A DNA stretch of 64,000 nucleotides, from contig CM052817.1 of the NCBI GenBank assembly GCA_028534125.1, positions 10,542,001 through 10,606,000 on the forward strand, written 5' to 3'. The notes beneath the pieces are model-generated. The model did not search any database. It saw nothing but the letters and a program-made list of their open reading frames with translations, and was not told the DNA's origin. Made by a program: the position numbers and the translations under genes. The first letter of the stretch is position 1. The number at the start of each line of letters is the position of its first letter. This document shows, one piece after another, positions 37,970-50,646 of the stretch. This stretch comes from Lama glama (taxonomy: Eukaryota).

Positions 37970-38195
37970 AGAGCACTGACTTCAGAGCCAAACAGACCTT
38001 GTTTTAACCCAAACTTGTTGAGACCACTTACAAGCTACAGGACCTTGACCAGTTACTGAAATTCTAAGCCTCAGTTTCCACATCTGTAGATTGGGTCTGA
38101 TAATTCCAACCTTGCAAATTTAGCATAAGATTTAAATAATTAAGTGCACATAAAGCCCTTAGCATGATAATGCATTCAGTAAACAGTCAATAAAT
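37970..38195 (+). mobile_element. MIR SINE
   Basis: agagccaaacagacct..ccacttacaagctacaggaccttgac..gcctcagtttccacatctgta. Confidence 0.8.
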
Positions 38196-38494
38196 GCCAG
38201 AGATTATTAACAGGAAGAGAGGGAAGTTAAAATATAGGGGCTCAAAACACAGGTCATGTCTTGTCTCTGATCAAACACCCCCTACAGTTTCCCAATCGAC
38301 GCAGAAGAAAGGGCAGTATTTAGAACAGCTCCCAGGCCAGCAGCAATCAGCTGGCTGCTTCACGTCTCTGTCCTCGCCTTCTTCTGCTCCCTCCTGCTCT
38401 CTGCTCCAGCTAGACCTCATTATGTCTTGAACACATGAATTACAGGCCATCTCAGTACCTCTGAACTGGCAGCCCTCCTGTAAAAAGGCAGCAT

Positions 38495-38870
38495 CGCATG
38501 AAGATTAGGAACATGGGCTCTGGGGTCCAGCCTCCGGGTCTGAATCCCGGCTCTGCTGCTTACTTAGTGTGTGAAATTGGCAAGCAACTTAGCGTCTGTG
38601 TTTTAACTTCCTCCTCTGTAGACTGGAGATAATGACATCACCAAACTCACAGAACTTAAGCCCCCCACGTAGACAAGAAAGAAAGAACAAATGCGATGTC
38701 TTGAATAGTTACGAGCTGCCAGTCTGCCGAGCTGATAACTGGTCCCGGCACTCTGCGCAGCTCACATCCAGTCCTCGCCAAGTTTCAAGATGAAGGATCA
38801 GTTGTCCCGTTTTCCAGATAAGGGAACTGAGGTGGAGAACATTAAAGCGCATCTGGGACCCAGATCAGAC
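38495..38870. mobile_element. Two MIR SINEs in opposite orientation
   Basis: Forward gggctctggggtcca..tgaatcccggctctgctgcttact; reverse cccgttttccagataagggaactgagg. Confidence 0.7.
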
Positions 38871-40904
38871 CTGGATGGATGCAGAAGTCTTCCCGCTCCC
38901 CACGTCCCCCTGAATCTATTCGCACGTTCACAGCACGGATTCAGATTCCAAAGCCCCTAAGCCATGAGGTCTCCAGGGACACACGTTTGTATAGTGGCTC
39001 TCTGGGCCTGAGTTTCATAAAGGGACCCTGTGTCTTCTCCTTGTCCATCAGGCACATGTCCTTTCCTGCACCCAGAGGCCAAGTGGGCAGGCCTGGCCAG
39101 AGAAGAAGGAGCCCAGCCCTGGGGCACCCGCAGTGCTGTCCCATAAACACGTGGCGTGGAGACCTGAAGGCCCTTCCTGCGAGGCTTAAACCCACCCCCT
39201 ACCACCAACCCGTATCGAGAACCCAGCCTCACGGTGAATGAGTGAACGTCTGTAAAGGACAGGGCACATCTCTGACTGTGTCAGATCTCATTTCTCTTTC
39301 CTCCCCTGGCCCAGTGTCTGTCCCTTCTGTCCCCTCCGATCCAGGCAGGACTTGAGGGAGAGCCTTGCACCTGGGCTATTGTGTATAAATCACAGACCCA
39401 CGAAGGGCTCATGGGGAGGGCCAGGTTGCTGGAAATACAGGGCCCTGGGGCCTGGCTTACAGGTAACTGCTGCACGGGAAGTGTTCTCACCCCAGTGATG
39501 ACCAGCTAGAAGGACAGGGGAAGTTACTGATCTGCTCAGAGTCAGAGCAGGACGTGAAGCCTCTAAACACACCCACGTCCTAATTCCACTTGAGACACGG
39601 CCACAGGCAAAGAGCGTCCTAGGTGTCTCTACCTGGATGAAAGAAATCAATACGTTAAATCCACTACAAGACCAAAGAGGTCGGAGTGGGAACAAATACT
39701 CCATCAGAACCCAATCCCGGAATGTCCATGTCCTCAGTCTCATCGGTAAGAAACTGAATTATTTTTTAAAAATGTGTCTTCATTGTGATTAAAAATGTTA
39801 CATTAGGCAGGTGGTCAGCAGGCAAGGAGATATTCTTAAGCCCCTGTTCCTGGGCCAGGGCTCACGACAGTGATGATTTCAGATCTGCCTTTTACTGGCC
39901 ACTGGACATTCATTTTCATCGATGCCACTGATACTCTACCACCTCCACCCCAGGAATAATCACTGAGGGGGAGGAGGACAAGGATCGCAGTTACTGTTGC
40001 TGTTAGCCGTGCTGAGCACCAGTCCTAAATATTTTATGTGCTTTGGGTCATTTAACCCCATTTGCAACATTGTGTGGTTCGTAGTCTATTGTCCCATTTT
40101 ATAGATGAAGACACTGAGGACTGAAGAGACAAGCAACTAGCTCACCCACAGAGATGTGCTCTGATGACCATTGCCATGTCTCTCTAATTTGCTCCACTCC
40201 CTGGATCTCAGAGTTTGGACCTGCCGAATCTGGGGTTATGCACTAGCTGAAGTGATCTCCAAAGGAGCGCATGATGATAGCATTCCAGACCTCCAGGCCA
40301 GTGCCTGGTCTCCAGGGAAAGATAAGATGCACATCTCTTTCTAGGGTGTCAGATGCTGGTCCCAAGCCTTCAGGTCCCCAGCCACAACCTCAGATCCTTT
40401 CCTTCTTCCTTTCTGTCATGAGGAGAGGCTCAGGACCCAGCAATCACTACAGAGGCAGAGGTGGCCACGGGCTGTGTGCAACAGGAACGCTATGCACCTC
40501 CTGAAGCCCACACCTGGTCCTTCTTTCCACTGGACAAAGCCTTGAACAAAATCCCCTACTCAGAAAATAAAGTTCCAGTTCCTCAGTATACCGTTTGAGG
40601 ATCTCCAAGGTCTCGTCCCAACATGCCATGGTAACTCATCTACCTCTTCCTTCTGATTTCTCCCATCCACTCCATCCTCAGCCTGTCATATACCCCGTGT
40701 GCTTCTGCACTTGTTTTCAGTCTCCCTAAAGTAGTGACGGAAACATCCATTTTTTTTTTCTTCACTACAAGACTTTCTTTACTTCATTACTGGAGGAACA
40801 TGGAAGCCCTGGTACCCTGGGTGTAGATGGCCACACCCCTTTGCTCTGCCTCCCTTCAATGCCTTCCAATCCCCCACCCTGTCTAATTTCCTTCAATAAA
40901 TAGG

Positions 40905-41271
40905 CACTATGGTTTGACTGTCTGTGCCCTCAAATTCATATGTTAAAACTTACGCCCAGTGTGATAGAATTAGATGATGGGGCCTTTGGGAGGCGCCTAG
41001 GGCATGAGGGTGGAGCCCTCATATACCAGATTAATGCCCTTTTACAAGAGGACCCACAGAGCTCCCTAGCCGCTTCCTTCCTTCTGCTACGTGGGGTTAG
41101 AATGATAAGACAGCGCTCTGAAACTGGACAAGAACCCTCACCAGGACCTGACCACACTGGCACCCTGATCGTGAACGTCCAGCCTTCAGAACAGTGAAAA
41201 GTAAATTTCCATTGTTTTTAAGCAACTCAGCTTATGGTATTTAGTTCCAGCTGCCCAAGTGGACTAAGGCA
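40905..41271 (+). mobile_element. MLT1A-like (MaLR) solo LTR
   Basis: ctatggtttga..caaattcatatgttaaaac..ggggcctttgggagg..catgagggtggagccctcat..ctggcaccctgatc..ggactaaggca; 5-bp TSD atagg/atggg. Confidence 0.92.
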
Positions 41272-42726
41272 ATGGGTGTTGCTTTATAATTGAGGAAAAG
41301 AGTTATTTTCCAATTGTTACTATCACAGGAAGAGCATACATCAATACTGAATGAAGTAAGCACTGTGCAAAGCTAAACATATAGATGTAGATGTATATTT
41401 CATAACCTCAATTTTGCACAAATACATTTATTTTTTTAAAAGCCTGGAAGAAATTCTCTGGGTGGTTCAATTAAAGGGGATACAAAGAAAATGTTGGCAT
41501 GAAAACATGGCCCCATCCAAGAGTCCCGATGACCCCAGGCCAGGACACAGTTACCCTGGTCCTCAGAAACAGCCGGGACCAAAGAAAGTTCAAACCAGTT
41601 CCAATCATCATCTAGTCATTTCCTGGGTCTTAGTTCCAGGACAGAAGAGGACAGGGCCAGCTCACAGGAGAATCCCTTGTGCTTGGCTGAGACACAGAAG
41701 GGCTCTGTGCTGAGGACGGATGTGTCTCTGTCACGCACAGTGGCAGGTACCCATTTCTAGCTCAACAAACAGCCCAAAATGCAACATGCAAGCATCGCTT
41801 ATTGTGGCTTCTATGGCAGGACAGCTGCTGCGCCAGGCAAAAGGCAAAAGCAGAGAAAACAATGTTCTGGAATGTTCCTGGGATGAGAAAAAGTTCTAGC
41901 CAAGTAAGCAAAGTGGTTCCTGAGAAATGCATGATGGATAAACAAGGCAGCGTGGAGAGTGCCTTGCTCGCTGGCTTTTTGCAGGCTGACACTCCCTCCA
42001 CCTTGCTCTCCGCACTCACCCCAGACAAGAGAGAATGACCTGGCTCCTCTGTCATTTCTCCACATTTCAGGGTCTGTTCCTGGAATCACATGCGGTGTTT
42101 TTGCTTATCCTAAGAGGTTAAAAACCCTCATGACCCCCAAACCAGCTTCATTTTTCTCCTCAACTTTTGAAAGCAAAACTCAGGGGACTTCCCCCAAAAT
42201 GAATTATGCAGAAGATATGATAAGATGCGAGTCTACCTGCTGCTAAGGGACTCGCCTTCGAAAAAATGTAATCAGATATTCATTTCCTGATATTAACAAC
42301 CGCTAAAACGGAGCTCTGATTTCTGGAACAAATACCTTGAGAAGAAAGTTTAAACATATACATTTTAATTGAATTTCTTCCTGGCCAGAACATAATTGAT
42401 GGAATCCTGCATCCATCATGAGCCACAGGCTCCTTAACTCATAAGCCAGCCAATCTACTAGTAGGACTTTTCTAGGTTCTTAATACCCTTATCAACCACT
42501 CTGGTTTCCAGGGAGACTCATTAGTGGAGCTGGCGAACGCTGCGGCCGGCATCATTAGCCACCACAAAAGTTTTGAGCATCTGCTCTCCTGTGTGTTTAT
42601 TTGTTTATTGCCTGTCTTACCCCAACGAGACTGTGAGCTCAGTAAAGCAGAGTTTTGTCTGCTGTGCACCCTGCTGTAGCCCTGAGCTGCCTGGCACGTG
42701 TGGGTCCCCCGTGCACATCAGCTGAC

Positions 42727-43283
42727 TACTGGGGACCAGAATATACCACCTCAAAATGCACCACTTTGGCATAAGGATTATTTAGCACTGAAGGCAACTG
42801 AGAGAAAGCAGATACAAGGAAGACCTCTGCCTTCCCCTGTATTTGCTTAAAGCTGGACATAAATTTGTCAAGATGCCCACCCCCTCATCTCTACCAGGGA
42901 CAGACGTTAACCACCAGAGACAACTCTAGACCCTTTTTAGCACCAGAAGAACCTACATAACAAACTTTACCAACTAGCCCTTGTCTTCTGTGACTTCCCC
43001 ACATCGTTGCCTTCTCACAGTAACTCAAAGTCCTTTTCCTTTGTCTCGTCACTTCTCTACAGATGTATCGGTCTTACGTTGAGACGCTATGTAAGCCCAA
43101 GTTCTAACCGCCTCGGTGAGTCACTCATCACGGAGCGCTCCCACTCGTATGCATGATGCGTGTGCTAATAAACTCCTGTTTGTGTTTCTCATGTTAATCT
43201 CTTGTGAATCAGTCTAATTTGCAGGGCCCCAGCCAGACAACCTAAGAGAGTGGAAGAGGAAAATGACTGATGCCTTGCCTGCA
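42727..43283 (+). mobile_element. ERV1 solo LTR, MER34-like
   Basis: ggggaccagaatataccacctcaaaatgcaccactttggcataaggattattt is a MER34-type start; TATA-like ctatgtaag near 43087; AATAAA at 43167-43172. Confidence 0.8.
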
Positions 43284-43884
43284 CCGTGACTCTCTCATGT
43301 GCAGAGAAGCTGAGCCTGGAGATGCAAACAGGTCTTACCGCCACGAGTGCATTTTCAGTCTCCCTGCTGGCTGGCGACACACGCACAAGAGCATCCCGGC
43401 AAACAGAGAAATCAAGGAGCATGTTCTAAGGGCCGTGGCGGGGACATGGCCAGGACATTAAGGGCTAAGACAAGGCAAAGAGCTGCACTATCAGGATCTA
43501 CATTCTCCAGCTGCACCCTCCCCTCCCTCTCAGTATTGACGCAAGACTTAGAACAACTGGGAGCTCCCCAAATGGCCGAGCCTTCCATCCTTGAAAAAGA
43601 CTCCTGCCTCTCCTCTCCACACCAACTTGCACCCCGAGTCCTGCAGGATCTCCTCCCGCATCCCTGGCACTGGCAGAGTGATGACCCAGCCCACCCTCCT
43701 TCTCTCATCTGTCTTGCCCCAGAAGCACTGTTGTCTCACAGGCCCTGAAGGGGAGAGGCCCACTGTTGATATTTAAATAAAGCAAATCACAAAACAAAAG
43801 GGAACATCTTCTCTGCAAGAAAGCTCCAATTTTTTTTTAAGGCTGCTATGGAGGACGGAAGAAGTACCAGGTGCTGAAGAGGCA

Positions 43885-44100
43885 TTTATTCATTTGTTTC
43901 CTTTTAGTCCATAAATACGTATCAAAGAGCTATGCCACGTCCGGGATTGTGCTCAGGGCTGGGGACGTAGAGGGAATCTAAAAACGCAGCCCTGCCTCAA
44001 GAAGCAGATGGCCAAACAGAAAGATCGCCCAATAGTCAACAGGTAATACAGACAGGGTGGGACACAATTTCTTACAAGGAAAGCATAGGATACCGCAGTA
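43885..44100 (-). mobile_element. L2 LINE 3' end
   Basis: catttattcatttg..attgtgctcagggctgggga..ccctgcctcaagaagc. Confidence 0.6.
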
Positions 44101-44914
44101 GGAACAGAAGGGCAAACCTTCATCCAAACCCTATTTCTGCCACTTAGCAGGCACGTGGCACTGGCAAGTCACCTCGTGTGGGCTGAGCCTGGATTTTGTT
44201 ATTCAAAATTGGGCCTCCTTTTACTGCCTTGCAGGACTGCCGCCATAGGGTCAGCACATCTCCATGGGTACCACCGGCACTCCCTGCTCTGTGAGTATTG
44301 TCTGGAAAAGGACTGAATTCAGATTGCTTCCCACCACTTAGGTTTGAATGTCACTAAGTTCGGCTATGTTCCATCACCCCCTTTCCTGGCTGCAGGGGGC
44401 TTCCCTCCTCTGCTGCTGATGGCGTTCGCCGTACAGTATTGAAGTTTGGGCACTGGGGTAGGAGTCAGGCATCAAGACCCAGGCGGATGTGTGACATCTG
44501 ACTTCAAGAGGGTCCCAAGAGTTTCTTCCATAGCCTTTCCTCTATGGCAAGAGCGCCCAAGCACCTGGGTATCTATTAACACGAGACTATGATCTCCGTG
44601 AGGACGAGATGCCAAAGGATGGCTGACGAGGAACTTTGGCGGTGGTTATGGGAAGGGGGTGATCTGTGTAATCTACCCCAGGTTCCCCCACCTCCAGCAA
44701 TCTGAATAAATGTAAAACTAAAGTCAGAGGAAAGTGCTTGCCATGCAGTTCTTCACAGGCTGAGCCTTCCTGTCCTGGGACGGGCTGTATCCGAGTGTCT
44801 CATCAGAAACAGGAGAACCCAGGGGGCACCTTAGATCCTAAACTAGTCCTCCCCAAATTGCAGAACCCCCAAGTCATCTCACACCCACGCTTCTGCTCTC
44901 TGCTGTAATTCAAA

Positions 44915-45030
44915 CACCCTGCACAGTGCCTGGCACACCAGCAGAGCTAGGTAAACATTGGTAGATGGATGAACGAGTGAATAAATGAATGAAAGAATGA
45001 ACAAAGAAACTAAGGAACAAATGAACAAAG
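44915..45030 (+). mobile_element. L2 LINE terminus
   Basis: gcacagtgcctggcacac..gatggatgaacgagtgaataaatgaatgaa. Confidence 0.75.
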
Positions 45031-45582
45031 GAAAGAAGCCGGATCTGGCGTCAAATGACATTAACAGGGAATCTTTATGAACTAGCACATGTGTTGGGTA
45101 GACTTTCTCTTGACACCACTGACAGTAAAGGGGCGCCCCAGTGCAATTAACTCTTCCCCTCCCAGGCTGGGGAGGCAGGGGGCAGCCCACAGAGGCACAG
45201 CCATTACACTAACAGCAAGGGGTCCAAAAAGCCACCGGACCGGATTTCATTTTGGAATGTGGTCTATGACTTTTTTTTTTCCTGCTGCTCCAGCAGCAGC
45301 AGCCGCCACAGCAGTAGCAGAGATTTACTCTCCTAATTATGTTTGGCTTTGGTTAAATTAGTTTGCATTCCCTGAGCACACACTGGTTGGGGGTGGGGCA
45401 GCAGGCAGGGGGAGGAGGTGGCCGGAGAAGATGCCAAGAGGTGGAGAGGATCTTCTCAGCGGAGGATGCACAAAGCAGAACAGTCAGTCAGGCGTCAGGC
45501 AGACAGAGTGACTGCACAGCCGCTCAGGCTCCCAAAGGGCTGGAGGAAGTGACGTGGTGCTCTGCCTGCAGCTTCTGCACAT

Positions 45583-46020
45583 TCCTTCCTTCATTCATTC
45601 ACACTACAGATATTTACTGAGTGCCCACAATGAGTCAGACATCGACCTAGGAGGTGGAGGACACTGCAGTGAACCAGGCAGATAAAGCCTTCCTGACCTC
45701 ATAAACCTACATTCCAGAAGGGGAGTGAGACAAGAAGCAAGCAAAGAGTTAAGCAAAATGTTCTGATGCTATGAAATCAATGTGACAGGGTGAAGTGACA
45801 AGGAAGTTTATTATTTCATTCTTATTTGTAGTAGTGGCCTCAAACAGCAATAACAAAGTTAACACAACCACCATTAATTCATGTACTTAGGACACGGATT
45901 CTAGAGACTCACCAAACATTTCATTTAATTTCCACAAAACTCAATGAGATGGATATAGTTATCCATTCTATAGATGAGGAAACCAAGGCTCAGAGAGTTT
46001 TAGTTATCTGCTCACACACA
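45583..46020 (-). mobile_element. L2 3' end followed by MIR
   Basis: ttcattcattcacactacagatatttactgagtgccca; ccattctatagatgaggaaaccaaggctcagaga. Confidence 0.7.
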
Positions 46021-46731
46021 CAGGACACACAGCAGGTGACCTCAAATGCAATGCTGTCGCCTTATGTCCTTTTCAAAAGTCTACGGTCAATAACAGAAAT
46101 GAGTAAAGCAGACACACAATCCTTGCCACACGTCTTTCGTGTCAGCACTTACTGGTCACATTCTCCAAACTGAGACTCGGAGACTGGGATTAGCTTAAGC
46201 CTTGTGCTGGCTAGGAAGCAAGCAGGTGCTAGGAAGGGGTGAAGGCAGGATTCAGACTCAGGTCTGGGTGACCCTGCAATTTTAGGGCCACCCCAGCACA
46301 TAATACAAAGCAATCTGATGGCACAGAAATATGTTTTCCTTGATAACCAGGAGGGAACTTTCAGATGTGAGAACGTCCTGGAGTCACCGTCCACAGGCTC
46401 CCTGGGAGAGGAGTGCGGGAAATGTTGCGCCTCTGAGCTGTCTAGTTGTCCCAGCTCACCCGGAGTGAAACTCAGCACTCTGGCACAGTTACTTCGGTGA
46501 ATGAACCAGAAGCAGAAAAATGCCTAGAACCCAAAGCAACATGGTAGCTATGAAAGGACCTCTCGTCAAATTGTGGCATCTTCAGCAGAGACATAAACAG
46601 GCAACCCAGGACTCAGCCCCATGTGCAGATGAGCACTGTGTACACCTTCACACCAGCCTTTTCTTAGCCTCCTTTCCGCTCAGTGGACTTCTCGTCTTTA
46701 CAGAAGCCCAGCTGCCTGGCTCCTGAAATCT

Positions 46732-46785
46732 ATTTGCATAACCACCTGTCATTGTCAGCTGCTGGGTTAGCCTCCTCTGATGGAT
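46732..46785. promoter_or_regulatory. Candidate POU + MEIS + PBX-HOX composite site
   Basis: ATTTGCAT at 46732-46739, CTGTCA at 46746, TGTCA at 46753 overlapping CAGCTG, TGATGGAT at 46778-46785. Confidence 0.35.
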
Positions 46786-47644
46786 AGTCAAGCCGGTATC
46801 TCACACCACGGCAACAGTTAAGGGCATTTTAGAATTTCCGTGATAAATCCTGTTCTTTGTGCTTTCACATCTTGCCAGTTTTTCACTTTTATAGTGAACT
46901 CAAACCTGGAAGAAGGATTGTCAAATCAAGATTTTTTTTTTAACAAAATGGCATTACAAATAGAAGCAGCTGCTTTTGATTTATAAACACTGTAATCTTC
47001 CCCAGGCCTTAGATTTTCTTTTTTTTTTTTTGACAGCATCCAGATCAGAACCAATTTAATTTTGAAAGATAGCTAATCAAGTAATTTGCTGTAGCACCTC
47101 TCTCGTTCTTGCTGTTGCGAAGGGGGCTGGGAGCTGCGTACAAATGAGCCGAGACTTTATTGAAGATCACAAGCGGACCCTTCAGGTATCGGGACGTGCT
47201 TACCTGTAATAACTTCTATGCATCCATTTCACCTACCAATCTGAGCATTTCAGGAAGGCACGTGGAATGGTACACACTGGCCTGGTTAAAACTTGAAGCG
47301 CCAAACATTTTTCACGTGCAATAATTCTCTCTGAAACCTACTGATTCTTTAAGAAACCAATGTAGAGGAATTCCCAATTTTGGAGAAGAGGATTTGAAGA
47401 ATCTCTGTCTTGATTTTGCAATTACTTACACTCTCATATGCACACTTAATGAGAAACACATACACTCTCAGAGAGAAACAAGATGGGCGAGAATTTGAGA
47501 ATGTCATATACTTCGAGGTCATTATAGTCACCTTGCGTTTTTCATCCACTAAACTTTTTTTGAGCGTTTACATTATGACGGGGACATGTGCTACCCTTGG
47601 AACTCATGTCCCAGTAAGGACAACAGGAATTTCACTGGCTTTTA

Positions 47645-47760
47645 CTTAGCGAGTATTTATATGCCTACCATGTGCCGGGCTGTGGTCTAAGTGCTTTATA
47701 AATGTTTAATCCTCATAATAGCCCTATGAGATAGGTACTGATATGCCCCCTTATTTTTTT
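47645..47760 (-). mobile_element. MIR SINE
   Basis: tgcctaccatgtgccgggc..ctaagtgcttta..tttaatcctcataatagccctatgagataggtact. Confidence 0.8.
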
Positions 47761-48269
47761 TTCTTTAGATCAAACCCGACTTGAGTCCCTGCCATGAGAT
47801 TCTATTTCTCTCTATCCTGTAGGAAAGAAATATTCACTGCCTCCCACAGGATGAATTTTTCAGACATATTTCGCATTCTGAAGCAGATGAAAAGTGTCAT
47901 GGAGTTGAAAACTGCTCCTGATCCAGCAAGTCCCCTTCCTGGGAACCAATTATCTAATTACTCTTTCTGAGCAACTTCTCATTTCCTTTCAAAAGATGCA
48001 TCATGATTACGGCGAAAGCACCGAGCCCCCAGACATGGCCCTGCCATTCTGGGCAGAGAAATAGGGAAACCTGGCATCTCTGCTCGTTCTCCTGTCCCTC
48101 TTCCCTCCCCTTTACTCTGGTCGTCTCTGCAATGAAACAGCTCTCAGTGACTTGTGGGCAAGATTTATGAAAATTCTTGCTAGAAGCTTTAATAGGAGGA
48201 AAGAGAGAAAGTTATGGCATATTCTATGACTGCATTTTGAAAGTATTTTCCACATACCATGGTAGAAAT

Positions 48270-48430
48270 AAACAGGGCTTTGGGGGTTTAAATCTCAGCT
48301 CTGCCTCATACTTGCTGTGTGACTTGGAGCAAGTTACTTAACTCCTCTGAGCTGTCACCTCATCTATAGAAAATCGACTTCATAGATTTTTATGAAAATG
48401 AGGTAAAGTTAAATTATATGATACAATGTA
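48270..48430 (+). mobile_element. MIR SINE
   Basis: aaatctcagctctgcctcatacttgctgtgtgacttggagcaagttacttaacctctctgagc. Confidence 0.8.
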
Positions 48431-50369
48431 AGTATGATGGTCCACTACAGTCACTTCATAAATATTGGGTCCCTTCTCACTTCCTCCTCCTTCCATGTAT
48501 ATCAACCTATTTTGTCTTTCTGGGGCAACCTGTTGCAGTAAATGCCACATAATAAATAACAGGAGAATGTTTAAAAAGAAGAAAGACTCTCCCTACCCCC
48601 AAGTCCTAGGAGGGATATATTGTTTTTATTTTACAGATTTGCCAGGCTGGGCTGATTTTCCTAACCAGGACACCCATTCTATCCCATTTTGCTGCCTCTG
48701 AAGGGTGCTAACATTTTTTTTTTCACATCTGCAAGGGAGGAAAATATTTCCCACAAGTGCAGGAGGGAAGCACCAGTCCGAGAGGTCTTGGATGACAAAC
48801 CTTGCTCACCCCAAAGGGAAGGAGATGGGCCCCAAAGGAACAGCGTCCCCTTGGTTGAAGTCCATTGTAACAGGATTTCAGGTTATCTAAGTAGAGGGTG
48901 GAGGTGGCATTTTTCTTTGCACAGGTCAAGCATCTGATTTTCCAAACCAGGAAACTTCATTTTTAATGTGCTCGATAGAATGTGTAAGTTTCCTTCAGCT
49001 GAAAAATGGAAGCAGCTGGAAATTGACATACATGTTGCCTTTAACTCAAGCTTTTGTGCCCCTTTTCCTGGTCCTCACAGTTCAGGAGATGACATGCAGC
49101 TCCTGCCCCCAGGAGCAGAAACAGCTATCAAAGTGCCCTCTACCCAGGGCAGCAGAGAGCCTGGTGACTTCAGAGCTTCAACTCTGTGTCTTTGGGCTTC
49201 TGTGGGTTTACGTCAAATCCTCAGTGTTCCTTCAGGTCGTGTTTTGAGCTTAATTGTACTTAAAGGTTGGTCGGTGGAATTCCATTTCAAGCCCAAGCCA
49301 TCAAGCCATCAGCTTGTCATTGCAAGCTTCTTATTTCTAATCACTTGGGCCTTTACCCAAGATGTGTTTTTACGCAAGTTAAAGGGATTTTTGTCTTGTA
49401 AGCAGTTATTCATATACACAAAAAGCAGAGTGTTTTGTTCATGGAAATAAAAACACCTAAATAGATCTAAATCCTTCATGTAAATAATTCACCGATTATT
49501 ACAAAGGGATTTGTGATGGTTCCTAGGTGTAGCCTCTCTTTGCTGTCTCAGTCACTCTGCTGAGACAGACAGGATGCACCATGTGTTCGGAGCCATGCTG
49601 TGTGGAGTATGGATCTGAACCATAGTGTGGTGAGCATCGTCCTGTGGACCAGGGATTCCGAGGAGCCGAAACTCAGTGGAGCAGGCAGACCATGTTCCCA
49701 TTTTACAGATGTGGAAGCTCACTGAGGCCTTTGAAAGCTACATAGGATCATTAGAGCAATGAAAGCACTTGTCTGGGACCTGAGTCTCCTTTCCTTACTC
49801 TCACTAAGTAAAATTAACAAAGTCTTAGATGGAACAGCCAGAGACCATGAACACGGCTGCCTCTATTAAATCTGACCATATCCAGAATCCGCTGGCAAAT
49901 GTCCAGGAGAAGGGCCATAGCAAAAGGGAGAAGCCCTTCTCTCTCTTGCCAGAAAAAGGGCCCTTTTGGAGCCCACTGAAAACCTTAAAGCCCTTGGCAA
50001 GCCACACAGGTATGTGGTGTCCAGTGGGTTAGGCGGGGGGAGCAGACACCCTGGGCAGAGCTGACATGGTTTGGCTTTAAACCCCTTGAAATGCCAGGCT
50101 GGAGTCTGTACCTGCCGAAGGCACCTGGGTTGGCAGAAAGAGGGGGCCAGGACGTGCCCTGGTTAAAGGAAGAGGTGAAAAGAAACTGCTAATTTCTGGA
50201 TGACGATCTCAGGGTAGCTGTAGCTCCTCCTAAGCTGACACTTTATCTTCAATCTACTCAACAGATTTCCTATTTTATGGGAAGTGCACATCCCATCTTA
50301 TACCCTCTGTACGCCCCTCCACGTGCCCCACCCTCTTTGCTTTCAAGATATTTGCTAAGCATTCAGGGT

Positions 50370-50572
50370 CCTGCCGCAGACATCCTGGGAGAGCCCCAGA
50401 TTTCCTGCTGGGCTGTGTGACCTTGGGTCTGCTACTTAACTGCTCAGTTGCTTCTTTGGTCAAATGTAAATAATAGGAGTATTTACCTAATAGGGTTAAC
50501 AACATCAATAATGGGTCAATGCATGCAAAGAGTTTAAAACGCATACTAAATGTTCAACAGTGTTAGCTATGA
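50370..50572 (+). mobile_element. MIR SINE
   Basis: ggctgtgtgaccttggg..tacttaac..tgtaaaataatag..tgttagctat. Confidence 0.75.
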
Positions 50573-50646
50573 TTAGGTTGACCCTTATGAGTATTCAACC
50601 ATTTTTGACTTTTAGAGAAATTATAATTGCGTATGGTTGAACCTAT
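50573..50646. mobile_element. MADE2-like mariner MITE
   Basis: About 75 bp with inverted ends ttaggttgacccttatg ... cgtatggttgaacctat. Confidence 0.7.

Noticed and set aside
45385..45425. G-quadruplex
   Set aside because: Only three runs of three or more G; not a canonical G4 motif
47195..47350. Minus-strand donor CAG|GTAAGC near 47203
   Set aside because: Stops in all frames just upstream and no convincing acceptor
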